DNA of 64,000 bases, from positions 16,182,001 through 16,246,000 of the forward strand of contig CAIIXF020000001.1 of NCBI GenBank assembly GCA_903813345.2. Reading direction: 5' to 3'. Of this stretch, positions 1 through 11,600 are shown piece after piece. The notes below the pieces were generated by a model, which saw nothing but the letters and a program-made list of their open reading frames with translations, had not been told where the DNA came from and searched no databases. The first letter of the stretch is position 1, and each line of letters begins with the position of its first letter. Both the position numbers and the translations under genes were made by a program. This stretch comes from Owenia fusiformis. Taxonomy: Eukaryota.

Positions 1-3000
1 TAAGTGCATGTGTGCAGTATAAAGCCAGGTTGCCCTGTACCACCTAGGACAAAAGTATTTATATTAAAGTTTATTCAATTGTTATTTTCATGTAATGTTC
101 TGTATAGGCTAGTGAAACCTAACTAAATGTCTTATGTGAAGGTGCCAATTCTTTCATCCGAGCACTAATAACTTGCATATACTCTGCACTTTTGAAGAAC
201 ATGTTTAGGAGTAATTTACATATCTTGTACTTGTACGTTTTATGGGGTTTTCACCGCCTATATCTAATATCAGTAACAGGCTGATACTTGTACTGAATGT
301 ATCCGAAACTGTCACACATATACTGGTACCGTTAAAACAGTAATATTTATGCAGGTGTTTTACATATGGCCACCCACCCACCTGTACTGCTAGAGATACA
401 AATAAGAATGCCACGGTTAGTTTAACATATGGACCATGGGTGAACACCAACTTTAACCCTGAGAGAAAACCTTCCTCTTTTTCATCTACAGATATACCTA
501 TAATGAAATCATAATGCATCTTGTTCAACATGCTTTTATGAAAAAATGAGGATTTCTCAATACAATACAATACAGTACAATACGATACAATACAATGCAA
601 TAGTCCAAGTACAGTACGTCAGTACTATAGTATAAGCAATTTCTATTATCTGAGGTTTGCAAGTTGAAGCAATTTTTTTATCAATAAAAATTATTTTAAT
701 CAATCTATCAACAATAATTTTATCAATCAACATAGTATTTTGAAACTCAAATTCTTAATCACAAAAGTTTTGAAAAACAAAAGAGTTTTCATCATTGTAT
801 TTTAAATGGAATAGACTGACAGACTATAATTCACAATTTAATCATAATTCATTATTTTACAAACATATTATGATATTTTACTGAAGTGGAATAAAAAAAT
901 GTGGCAAACAAGACCTACTTTTATGTTCTTTGACTCCAAAGAAGACAAGACAACAGCAGATGAGATAGAAACAGCATGTTATAATGGCTGCCAGTATGTA
1001 GGACTTCTCCTGTAACACACCACATAAAAAGTACATTTTTAACACACACATTTGATAAAATATTGGTGACAGAGAGGGAGATTTGAATAATAAAAATGGA
1101 AATTTCAATGATCTTTTCTTTTTTGGTTGGAAGAAATCATACTAGTAGAAAGATATTCAGAGCATGTATTTTGGAAAACCTGTATGATCCTTACAGGACA
1201 AGAATACCATGTTTAAGAACAGGAATGTGATGTTTACAGGGCAGGACTCTGATATTTTGTCACCAGGGTCTAAGCGAGACATATTTAGGCACCTTTTGAC
1301 TTTATTTAATTACCAAGGCTTGGTTTAAAAAAAAGTTGACAAATATATTTCTTTAAAGGCAAAGCTCTGCCTTATACCTGGCTACACCCATACAACAGAA
1401 AGTACGAGTGTATGACAAAACTTTTTCTGTATTTAGCTAGAGTTAAGCACACACATTATGAGATACATAGAGCGTTACCTGAAGCAGTTGTTGTTCTGGT
1501 GAAACAGTGGGTGTCCCACCATTAGAGCTACATTCTGAGGCCACTCTGTATCTGTTCACCAGTGCACCCTGTATAGCAGTCCCCAGCACAATACCACCTA
1601 TTTCAGCTCCCATTCCTATAGAACATATGAAGAATTTGAATAAACCTTGGATATTTATTTGTTGTACTGTTCCACTATAATGTCACCTACCAAATTTCAC
1701 ATCACATACATACAGTTCAAACTATATAGACATATTGCTCAACAGAGAAGGTGAAAGATTGAGTACATGAGGGATATTGTATTACAAGCTGAAAGATACT
1801 GTCTCCAATTGATATGTGTATCCTATCATGGCAGAACACACACACACACAATATAATCAGGCCCGCAGCCAGGGGGGGGGGGGAGTTTGAGCAATCCACT
1901 CTGGCCAAAAATTCTCTTGAAATCATGCAGTTTTCACCATTCTGAGCAATAAAGGGCCAAAGTTGTCCAAAGTGAACTCCCCTGGAATTTTTTAAAAAGT
2001 GAACCCTCCCTTGGCAAATCCTGGCTACCGGCCTGATAATAGTATAATATACTCATAAATAAAATGAGAAAAAACAAATGTCTCTTGGACAGCAGTAATA
2101 ATAGTTTTCAGGCAATGTTTTATTTTCAGTATTAACTATCATGTAAACAGACCCATTGACTCTAAATGTTAATAATTTAAATAAAACTTCCATTATAATG
2201 GTCAACAAAATATACTTTACTTACTCAATGCAGTGGCCGAGTCCCTGTCTTTCTTATTATCACTGAGACACATGGTTAGTGATGTATACGGAACATGAAG
2301 GCACTGAAAATAATAGCATTTCAACAATGACTCATAACTTTAAAGAGGCAATAGTCTGATACAGCTTCCTGTGACTGTGAACATTACACCTCCTCCCAAA
2401 GTATGTATTTCCGCCAATTTTCCGGCCTAATGTTAGGAATAATACGCGAAGGAGTTAGATGAAGACTTGATTAAACTTTATTATTGAGTAATTGTAAAAC
2501 TATCACATCAATTAAAAAGAATGCAATAGATGCAGAAACATAAATGATTCTACAGAAGTCAAGGGCAAAGCCAGACATGAGCCAGGAGAGGCAACTGTCC
2601 CGCCAAAATTTAACAGAAATATACAGTAAAACCTGTCTTAGTGAACACGTTTCCTCAGCACATACTATACTGACTTCTGTATAAATTACCCTCTCTGTAG
2701 TGAACACCTACCAACACTGAACATTTTTTTTCTTGGCAAAAAAATGTTCGATATACACAGGTTTTACTGTAGTACTGTTATAGAGACATATTTTCAACTA
2801 AAATGGTGAAAATGAAGCCTGGTTGAGACCTCCTTTAACCTATTTTTGCCTTGCCTATTTTTGGATCCTGGATTCGCCCCTGACAGTAGGCATAAGCAGC
2901 TGTTATGTAAATAAATTTCAAATAAATAAATATAAGTGAATGATTAAAAAGAACAAAAAACCATATAATAAACCGTAGTTAGAAAGAAAAATCTTACTGA

Positions 3001-4522
3001 TAGAAAGCCATTAAAAAGGCAGTAGAAGACCAAGTACCATCCAACCTTCCCTGAGTTGTTAACCCCTGGTACATACCATAACATCAGGTATGAAACACAT
3101 GCAAATGGGGCAGAAAATAAAATCCTAAAATAATTAGAAATGTTACTACTACATTCAGTCCAATGCACAACCTTAGTTAGACCTTAAAATGCCTTATACA
3201 TGTAGATGTATCACCTATGAAGTATCACATTCTGTATACCACATGTTTCTGGGGAGCTTATGATTTTTGAATAGTACCTTAGACCTAGGATCAATAGACC
3301 CCTCCCCACATATAAATGAGCCATGTTATTACATTACTTCAAGTGATTTGTAAAGTTTTCTAAGGTTGTGCACTGGATTGGATTACTGTCCTATTAGAGG
3401 TATAATAAAAAAAATAAAACAGTGCTCTACAATTAAAATACAATGTATTACAAAGATGATTTAATAAAGTTTTTAAACTATGAATAAGAAAATATCAGAA
3501 TAAAAGAATATCATTAGTATGAAATATTATTTTATTTAAGTATTTTGAAATACTATAACTACTGTCCAAAGCATAAATAAATTCAAATAAGTAACTCTCA
3601 CCAACCACCCTTTTGCAAAACACACAGTAAACACTATTATATTATATTATGTTAGTAAAAACACAACAGAAGTTTAATGTGAAATGGAAAGTACATGTTA
3701 TTTGAAAATGCACAAAGCTGTGCTGGTCAATGAGAGAGTTCATAAGTATAGAAATATGTAGATGTATATATTACATAATTGGATAAAACTCTTAATTTGG
3801 TGCTCAAATCCTTGAGATCCTGATATTTCACTTAAAATTACTGTGTTTTCACAAACCTCAGACTTAGGTATGAAATTTAACAGAAAAAAGAACAAACTTC
3901 CTAACTATTAACTATTTTGCTCATTTATCTGGCATGTAAAAAAATGGTCAATATCTTTCCAAGTATGTGGCAATAAGCCGCATTGATAACACTTACCAAG
4001 GTCTGTAGCGACCAAATCTTGTATTGGTTCTACTGACTAAGAAACCACAGAGAGGGTCTGTAAAGGCATCCCATACTTTACCAAGGAGTACAATAATTGA
4101 GATAGAATATGGGTCAACCTGTTAAATAGAAAATTTCTGTACCAACAGAAAAGAATAATGTGTGACATATTGCAATCAGTTGTTTTACATGTATTTGTAA
4201 AATATATAATAAACATCGTCTAAGAATATAATGTTACACGCGCCTTGCGGAGTGCACGCACTAAAAAAGACAACAAACCACAAAAAGGTGATAATAGTTA
4301 AAATGCAATGGGATACAACTGTATAACAAAATGTTACAAGAATATAAACCCAGATCGTGAATGATCAATATACAGAGTACAGACCTGCGCAACCTCCAGT
4401 AAGAATATAGAAATAAAGAATCCAATGATATTGCTGGTCATCTGGAATGGTAACCCTCCAACCGCAAAGCAAAGTTTCCGCCATAATTTAAGTTGACCCT
4501 CTGGTAACAGCGACTGATTCTC
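1..4522 (-). CDS. MFSD2A: MFSD2A/B-like MFS (GPH family) transporter, partial. Exons in transcript order: 4385-4522, 3997-4118, 2998-3124, 2225-2303, 1479-1615, 919-1009, 382-485, <1-43. The 3' end lies outside the window and the start-codon exon is uncertain.
   Basis: GT-AG exons with compatible phases encode KLCFAVGGLPFQMT, WDAFTDPLCGFLVSRTNTRFGRYRPW, HVPYTSLTM, RMGAEIGGIVLGTAIQG, FFGVKE and VVQGNLALYCTHAL, which are typical MFSD2/MelB-family motifs. Confidence 0.85.
1858..2035. mobile_element. Small MITE with CAGGCC.G.AGCCAGG terminal inverted repeats
   Basis: Ends caggcccgcagccagg ... cctggctaccggcctg, with ATAAT on both flanks. Confidence 0.6.
2624..2769. mobile_element. Tc1/pogo-like MITE with TA TSD
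   Basis: ta|cagtaaaacctgt ... acaggttttactg|ta. Related relics occur near 20532-20710, near 25796, and at 36331/36846-38011. Confidence 0.7.
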
Positions 4523-5138
4523 CTGAAAACACAATACCCATCATAAGCTGCCATTGAGTGAGTGTTGCCATGGGGTAACACTAGAATTTACAATGTTCCA
4601 GATTCACCAGTTCACATTACTGAACACACCTGGCTTTAGAGTGACATGTGTGTTCTGTAAAAGTCCACCCAAAGAAGCATTTATCAAATGTAATAAGCCA
4701 TAATAAATAGAGCCTACATGTATCACACAGGAACTTGTAGCACTATGATATGAGATGCTTATGCCAGATCTGAGTCATTTACAGTATATGTAATTATACA
4801 TACACTGTACAGTTGGGGACATAAAGAATTGCTATAGCTATGAAAATTACATGCTGTCGCACATGTAATAAATTCTTACCTCAGTGTATTCAGTGCTATA
4901 TTTTCTCCGTCCTAGGAAGTCCAAATATAGTGGAATTTGTGTCCATAATGACAAATAAGAACTTAAAAAGTTGAAGTGGATATTCACATGTTAATGCCCA
5001 CTCTTCAAATGTTGAGGTGATTTTGGAGCCCGATTACGCTGCAAGGGGAGGATTGGCTCCCAGAATCCAACATGACACGTGCCAGCTTTCAAAATGCCGC
5101 ACCGACATTTTGAAACCTGTCACAAGTTAACTGATGTT

Positions 5139-5149
5139 GCATTGTGGGA
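5139..5149. promoter_or_regulatory. ZNF143/Staf-like motif (GCATTGTGGGA)
   Basis: Matches the Staf-binding core within a locally CpG-richer segment (about 5020-5280). Confidence 0.35.
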
Positions 5150-5369
5150 GTCAATCCTCCTTGGATTACAAACAGGGCGATAAAAACATTCGGTCGATTT
5201 GGTAGGGATTTATCCATCATTTGCAGGTATGAAGTGAACGGGAATTATTTTTCTACCACTTGGGAGAGTTTGAGACACGAAACTTAGAATTTAGCTCATT
5301 GAGACAACTTTTGATGGTTGAGGTTTAGTTTTGTCCCCCACTTTATAAATGACTCAGATCTGACATAAG

Positions 5370-7947
5370 TAAATACTGACATTGTAAATACTGCAACCTG
5401 CTTCAAGGGAGCCCCATCAATTTTGGACGTCATACTAACAAACAGGAGTCAATTATTCACACTTACAGATGCCTATGACACTGGGCTAAGTGATTTTCAT
5501 CACTGTGTATTCACAGTCCTGAAGGGCTTTATACCACCAGCCAAACCCAGGACTATAACATACAGGAGCTACAAGTCTTTCGATCCCGAAGCTTTCCGCG
5601 ATGATCTGAAAACTACTCCTTTCCAGACTTGCAAAGATTTTGAAGACGTCGATGACACATATAATTCCTACAGCAAACTTCTAGTCAATCTAATTGACAA
5701 GCACGCACCTTTGAAAACCAAACGATCTCGTAAAAAGGAGGTGCCTTTTATGAATGCCAACTATCGCCGTGCTATACGTAAGAAAGCTCATCTACGTAAG
5801 ATCTACTACTCTAACCGATCCACACGAAACTGGGAATCCTACAGGAAACAACGGAATTATTGTACATCTCTTCGTAGGATCTCAGTCAACAATTATTTTT
5901 TGGACAAGTGTGTAAATGGCCCGAAAAATAAGGATTTCTGGCCAACTATTAAGCCTTTTTTGTCTAATAAAGGCGTTATTTCTAATAACATCACACTACG
6001 TGAAAATGGGAAAATTATACATGACAATTCTCAAATTTGTGATATTTTCAATGACTACTATATAAACATTGCTACCTCTATTGGATCTGATATCACGACA
6101 CCAGCTAATTTAAACCCTAGTGTCACTTCAATAATCCATAATCATCCAAATTGCTCTACATCTCAGTTTAACTTTGAACCTGTGACAGTTGATGCTGTCC
6201 AGCATAAACTTCGAAACATGAACCCAAGGAAAGCAACTGGGGAAGACAGGATCCCCCCCAAAATCATCAAAATTGGAGCTGACATTCTTGCTCATACACT
6301 TACACCTATTGTAAACAAATCATTAGTGTCTTCCAAATTTCCTTCTGGCATGAAGCCAGCTGAAGTTTCTCCCATTTATAAAAAGAAGGACGATCTAGCT
6401 AAAGGTAACTACAGACCTGTGAGTATCCTGAACTGCCTATCTAAAGTTCAGGAAGGTATTATTTTTGATCAACTTACCTGTTATTTTGATAATATTTTAT
6501 CGCCACTACTTAGCGCTTTCAGGAAGGGGTATAGCTGCCAGTCTGTGTTACTAAAATTAGTCGAAGACTGGAAGCTTGCCCTTGATAATAACAAAGTGGT
6601 AGGTACAGTGTTAATGGACCTGTCAAAAGCGTTTGATTGTTTACCGCACGATATTTTAATAGCCAAACTTACTGCCTATGGAGTTAGCGACTCAGCTACT
6701 TCTCTCTTGAAAAGTTACCTATCTGACAGGCCACAGAGAGTAAAAATTTCAAATTCAACAAGCTCATGGCAGACCATATTGAAAGGTATCCCTCAGGGAA
6801 GTATTCTTGGTCCCTGTCTCTTCAATATCTTTATAAATGACATATTTCTAGCCTTGAAGAACTGTAATTTATATAACTATGCTGATGACAACACAATCTC
6901 TGTGATTGGTGAAAACAAACAATCAGTTCTTCAAGACCTGGAATCACAGTCTTCTCTTGCCATCAACTGGTTTAATCAAAATAAAATGCTGGCAAACCCT
7001 GATAAATTTCAGGCTATGGTGTTACAACGTTCAAGGATTAACTCCAATTTCCTCCCAGATACTCTAACTTTTGGCAATTCTTCAATTCAAACAGAGCAAT
7101 CTGTGAAGGTCCTTGGAGTAACCCTTGACAACAAGTTCACTTTTAATGATCACATTAAAGAATTATGCATTAAGGCAGCACGTCAAATCAATGCCCTTAA
7201 ACGGCTTTCAAATTTATTAGACATGAAAAGTCGCATGACAATATTTAAGGCCTTTGTCTTGTCACACTTTAATTATTGCCCGATAGTATGGCACCACTGC
7301 GGCAAGACAAATGCTCTTAAACTGGAAAAGCTCCAAGAAAGATGTCTCCGTTTTGTTTACAAGGACTATGAGTCTGATTATGATACTCTTTTAGACAAAT
7401 CAGGCCTGCCCACCTTAACTCTAGGTAGACAAAGGCAGATAGCAATAGAAACTTTTAAAATCATAAATAATCAGTCTCCTAGTTACCTTAACGACATGCT
7501 TCAGGAGCGTACATCTAGTTACAATTTACGTCACAAAAATACTCTAAATGTTCCATCTTTCAATACTGTAACACATGGCAGACACTCTTTTAGAGTTGAT
7601 GCATGCTTTATATGGAACAATCTACCCAATGATCTCAGAAGTTGTGTATCTCTTACAGAGTTCAAAAAACTAATTAAATCATGGAACGGTGAAAACTGCA
7701 AATGTGCAATATGTAAATGTAAAATGTAAACCTTTCAGATTCTCTGTGCCACTATGTAAATGTATTTTAGTATGACATATGATTTTTTAGTATTTATTTA
7801 GTATTTATCTTGTTAACACTGTTACATGTTTTAAAATTTTATTTTAAAGATTTCTATGTCTATATGTCGGTCAATAGCGCTTGCGCTAATGTTTATTGTA
7901 CAAAAATTATCCGACTTGAAATAAATATTGATATGATATGATATGAT
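5370..7947 (+). mobile_element. 5'-truncated non-LTR retrotransposon (CR1/L2/Crack group LINE)
   Basis: TSD ATAAG at 5365-5369 and 7948-7952, AATAAA at about 7920, and an (ATATG)n tail. The insertion splits one arm of a pre-existing inverted repeat, which confirms the boundaries. Confidence 0.92.
5423..7729 (+). CDS. LINE ORF2: C-terminal end of the AP endonuclease plus a complete reverse transcriptase; uninterrupted but lacking its 5' end
   Basis: DVILTN...GLSDFH (APE end), NYRPVSIL, DLSKAFD, GIPQGSILGP, YADD, VLGVTLD, C-terminal CxCxxC. No stops in 768 codons. Confidence 0.95.
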   Translation: MDVILTNRSQLFTLTDAYDTGLSDFHHCVFTVLKGFIPPAKPRTITYRSYKSFDPEAFRDDLKTTPFQTCKDFEDVDDTYNSYSKLLVNLIDKHAPLKTKRSRKKEVPFMNANYRRAIRKKAHLRKIYYSNRSTRNWESYRKQRNYCTSLRRISVNNYFLDKCVNGPKNKDFWPTIKPFLSNKGVISNNITLRENGKIIHDNSQICDIFNDYYINIATSIGSDITTPANLNPSVTSIIHNHPNCSTSQFNFEPVTVDAVQHKLRNMNPRKATGEDRIPPKIIKIGADILAHTLTPIVNKSLVSSKFPSGMKPAEVSPIYKKKDDLAKGNYRPVSILNCLSKVQEGIIFDQLTCYFDNILSPLLSAFRKGYSCQSVLLKLVEDWKLALDNNKVVGTVLMDLSKAFDCLPHDILIAKLTAYGVSDSATSLLKSYLSDRPQRVKISNSTSSWQTILKGIPQGSILGPCLFNIFINDIFLALKNCNLYNYADDNTISVIGENKQSVLQDLESQSSLAINWFNQNKMLANPDKFQAMVLQRSRINSNFLPDTLTFGNSSIQTEQSVKVLGVTLDNKFTFNDHIKELCIKAARQINALKRLSNLLDMKSRMTIFKAFVLSHFNYCPIVWHHCGKTNALKLEKLQERCLRFVYKDYESDYDTLLDKSGLPTLTLGRQRQIAIETFKIINNQSPSYLNDMLQERTSSYNLRHKNTLNVPSFNTVTHGRHSFRVDACFIWNNLPNDLRSCVSLTEFKKLIKSWNGENCKCAICKCKM

Positions 7948-8540
7948 ATAAGCATCTCATATCATAGTGCTGCAAGTTCCTGTGAGCCTATAAGGACACT
8001 AAATTTTCGATATTATTAGATTTGAGAAATGAAATAAGATGATATTTTGAGAAATGAAACTGAAAGTAGACACTGGCAATGCAATGATCACAAGACAAAT
8101 CAAAGTGCAGTCCAGGAATTTTCTAAATAATTAAAAATTGACAAATATAATTTGTTTTCAAGTAATTTCAATGAGCTAAGACAATGGAACATAGTATTTT
8201 CATGTTATGTGTCAGAAAAAAACATCATGTTTTCAACTGAAAGACCTATTTAACACTTATAAAGAGAGAAAATTAAAAAGTTGAAAAACTTACATCTGTT
8301 TTCATTTTTCTCCTTAACTATTACAAAACGAAAACACCACCCTTTTTATGATTTTTCTTGAAAGTTTTCTTTATTATGAATATATATTACTGTAAATATA
8401 AAAGATAGTAAAATATAAAATTAATTGATTGATCAAAATGCTTTTTGAGCTTAAATTTATAACATTTATATTAGATTCGTTTCGAGATAAAATCTACCAT
8501 TTAGATCAAGTGTTATTCAGGTTAAAGGTCGCTAATTTGT

Positions 8541-8549
8541 TTTCCCGCC
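8541..8549 (+). promoter_or_regulatory. E2F-type site (TTTCCCGCC) upstream of the UHRF1 ATG
   Basis: Consensus E2F motif about 90 bp before the ATG. UHRF1 is an established E2F target in vertebrates. Confidence 0.5.
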
Positions 8550-8635
8550 AATTGCTACACATGGAAGGGGACACTGTTTGTTGACAGTGGATTTCTTCGT
8601 TATTTGTGGCTTGATTTCTATCAAATTGTGTCAAA

Positions 8636-11600
8636 ATGTGGATACAAGTTCGATCATTCGATGGCAAGAAGCTGATACGTGTGGATGGCCTGTCGAAGCT
8701 TACGAAGATCGAGAATTTGAGAGACCAACTTGTTGATCAATTTGAAGCACAACCAGAACAACAGCGATTGTTCTTCCGTGGCAAACAGGTAAGCTTATGT
8801 TGTTGTTAACTTTATATGTTCACACATATGTAGTAGGATATCTCAAGTTAATGATAACTTAAACATATTTTGCAAAATCGAATAATGGAAAGGCTACCCA
8901 CAAATATGCCACGCCCCCTTTTACTTCAGCTCCTGTCCTGATGTATGCTGACCACTGTAATGTGGGTCAAATGTTGCATGGGCCTTTAAAGATGTTGCTC
9001 AGATTAACAAAAGTTTGCAAATTTGCATTTCATTTCTATGTTTTTCTAGCGATGATACACATTCTTCTGCTGTATTTGCATAATTAATCTATTGCGTCTT
9101 ACTTTTTAGTTGGAAAATGGACATTCCTTGTTCGATTATGGTGTGGGGATAAACGATGTCGTTCAGATAATGGTCAGAAAAGCTGTTGCTATTGTTAAAT
9201 CTGACGAAAATTCTGAAGGCAGCAGTGGAGATGAAAGCAGTCATTCTAACAAGGAGAATAGCGAGGTATTTCCCTGCAGAACTTGTTATACGCAGTGAAG
9301 GTCAATATGACCTGGGCTTGTTAAACCATCACGTTTATTGGATAACTTAACGAATTATGTCAAAGTACATTACTAACATATATTATAGAGGTCATATTGT
9401 TATTTTGCTTTGTTTCACTAGTTTGTAGGTAAATTTGAATTCAGTTCTAGATTTTTCATTAAGATAAATTCAGTTCAGACCATACTTGTATACTAGGTGG
9501 TTTATCAACCAGTTTAGCCACATCCTGAATGCATCTATAAAAGCGCCTAAATTTTGGGTAAACAACTGTTACACGTGTCAATTGAAAGTCAAGGCAGTCT
9601 TTGTGTTTGACCTCTAGCTCAATGTTCACCTTTTTAAATCATGATCACTAAAAGGATCGAAATGCGTACTTATAGTAATATATTTCTTGAAGTTGCAAAA
9701 ATGTAGATTTTCATTGCATATGATTAATCTCAAACACGTTAAGTAATGTTTTATTGCACTTGAAAATTGCTATTTTGTCGTCATTTTTGGCGATTGATGG
9801 GTTGATCTGCACTTTTTTAGAGACTCTAAAAATGAAATTGATGGAAATTTTCAAAAATTGGTTCAGGTTAATTTGCCATTCAATATTGGTCTTGTATGGA
9901 ATCAAGGTCAATCTAAATTGATAATGTTTTTGATAAATTCAGGCCTATTTTCAAAATCTCATAATTTGAGAAGCTCTGCTGAGTAAATCTCTACCCTTAC
10001 TCCAAAATGGGGAATAGACTTATTTTGACAATTTCGGACTATCACTTGAGAATAATACCTGAGGAGAACATTGTACATGATATTGTATCATTTCAAGGTT
10101 GGGAACTTGGTTGATTATTCATGCATTCTAAATGAATACAGTTTGTGTAACTTTATTTTCAGCCGAATATCCCAATACCAAAGACCCCTGAAAAATCTGG
10201 TGCAAAACCTGACAGTCAAGACAGTGGCTTTGGCGATGACCTTGAAGGTGCTACATACAAGGTAGAAATAAATATTTTTAATCTTACAATTTATTTCACA
10301 CAAAAAAAAATATTTGAAAAATAAGTGAACTGATTCATGTATATAAAAACTACTAGGTGAATATTTGGGCTGAATTTTTGTACATGATTTTCTGACCGCC
10401 GGCAAAATTTTAATCCTAAAAATTCACTAGATTGGTTATATTACCCTGATTGACTATGTGAATCCACGCCTTATGAATCTCCAAATATTAGATTTAAATA
10501 TTGAGTGAACTTTCCAGTTGGGTGATGTGATTGATGCAATGGACTGCGAACAAGGGGCATGGTATGAAGCAGAAATCACTAAGATCTGGCGTGGCAAACC
10601 AGATGAGCTAAAGGACAAGTATGAAGAATCTGAAATTAAAGTTAAAGACAACAAACCAAAGCAAGAAGACAAATCTGAACCTGAAAAGGTGGATGAAAAT
10701 GCAAATCAAGAAAAAGACAATATCAAAGATGATGATAAAATGGAAACTGATGAAGTTGAGAAAAACAATGAAATTAATGAGAAATCGAATGAAATAAATG
10801 AGAAATCAGATGAGAATGTTGATGGTGTTAAAGACAATAAGATTGATGACAGTGCGTCTGATGTCTCTACCTCCAGCAAGCAATCTACCTCCTTAGACAT
10901 TGTGAATAATGATATCACACTTACGAAAAATCCCATTGATGGATTCATTTATCAAATAAAATATGACGGGTAAGTTATTCTCTTATTACATGTTTATTCC
11001 CATTCCAACAGTTCAACATGTCATCATTTTTTATGTCACCACCATAAGTGTTTACATATTGATATGATCTTCAACTTGCGACTTTGTTAGGCAGTTGTGA
11101 TTGACAGTTGGTATCTGTAACAAATGGTAGGTGGTGACATTTTGCATGTAAATGCCTTGTCTGTTGTATGTGTTACAGTGTGAAAAATCTGAAAATTACA
11201 TATGACTTGAATACGGCATGCAAACTCAATATTTTTGATGATATGAACAGAGCAGTCCTGTCTTGCCATTGTCAAAATGACTTCAAAATTCCAATCAAAA
11301 ACTAATGAATTTAGAGAATATTTTTTTTATAATTTTTGTGTTGTGGATTGTATTGCTTATAAACAGTTTTCAGAAAAGCCGGACGATGATGGATTATTCA
11401 GATGAATTAATTAGTCACTTAGTTGTTAGTTGTCCTTTTTTTCCATAGTTTGTAACCTATTTTGATTCATAAGGGGGGTGGCATATATGACGATGGTTAT
11501 TGTCATTTTAATGGCTAATTTTAAAGTCACTTGTTATTTTCATGGACACGTAACTCATTCTACATTATGGTCTCCATCTTTCAGTTTTTGTACAGAGAAC

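Noticed and set aside
551-612. (TACAA)n microsatellite
   Set aside because: Ordinary simple repeat that does not include the nearby splice site.
1858-2035. MITE with an apparent 5-bp ATAAT flank
   Set aside because: Not counted among the Transib-like set. The ends are CAGG, not CAC, and the AT-rich flank match may be chance.
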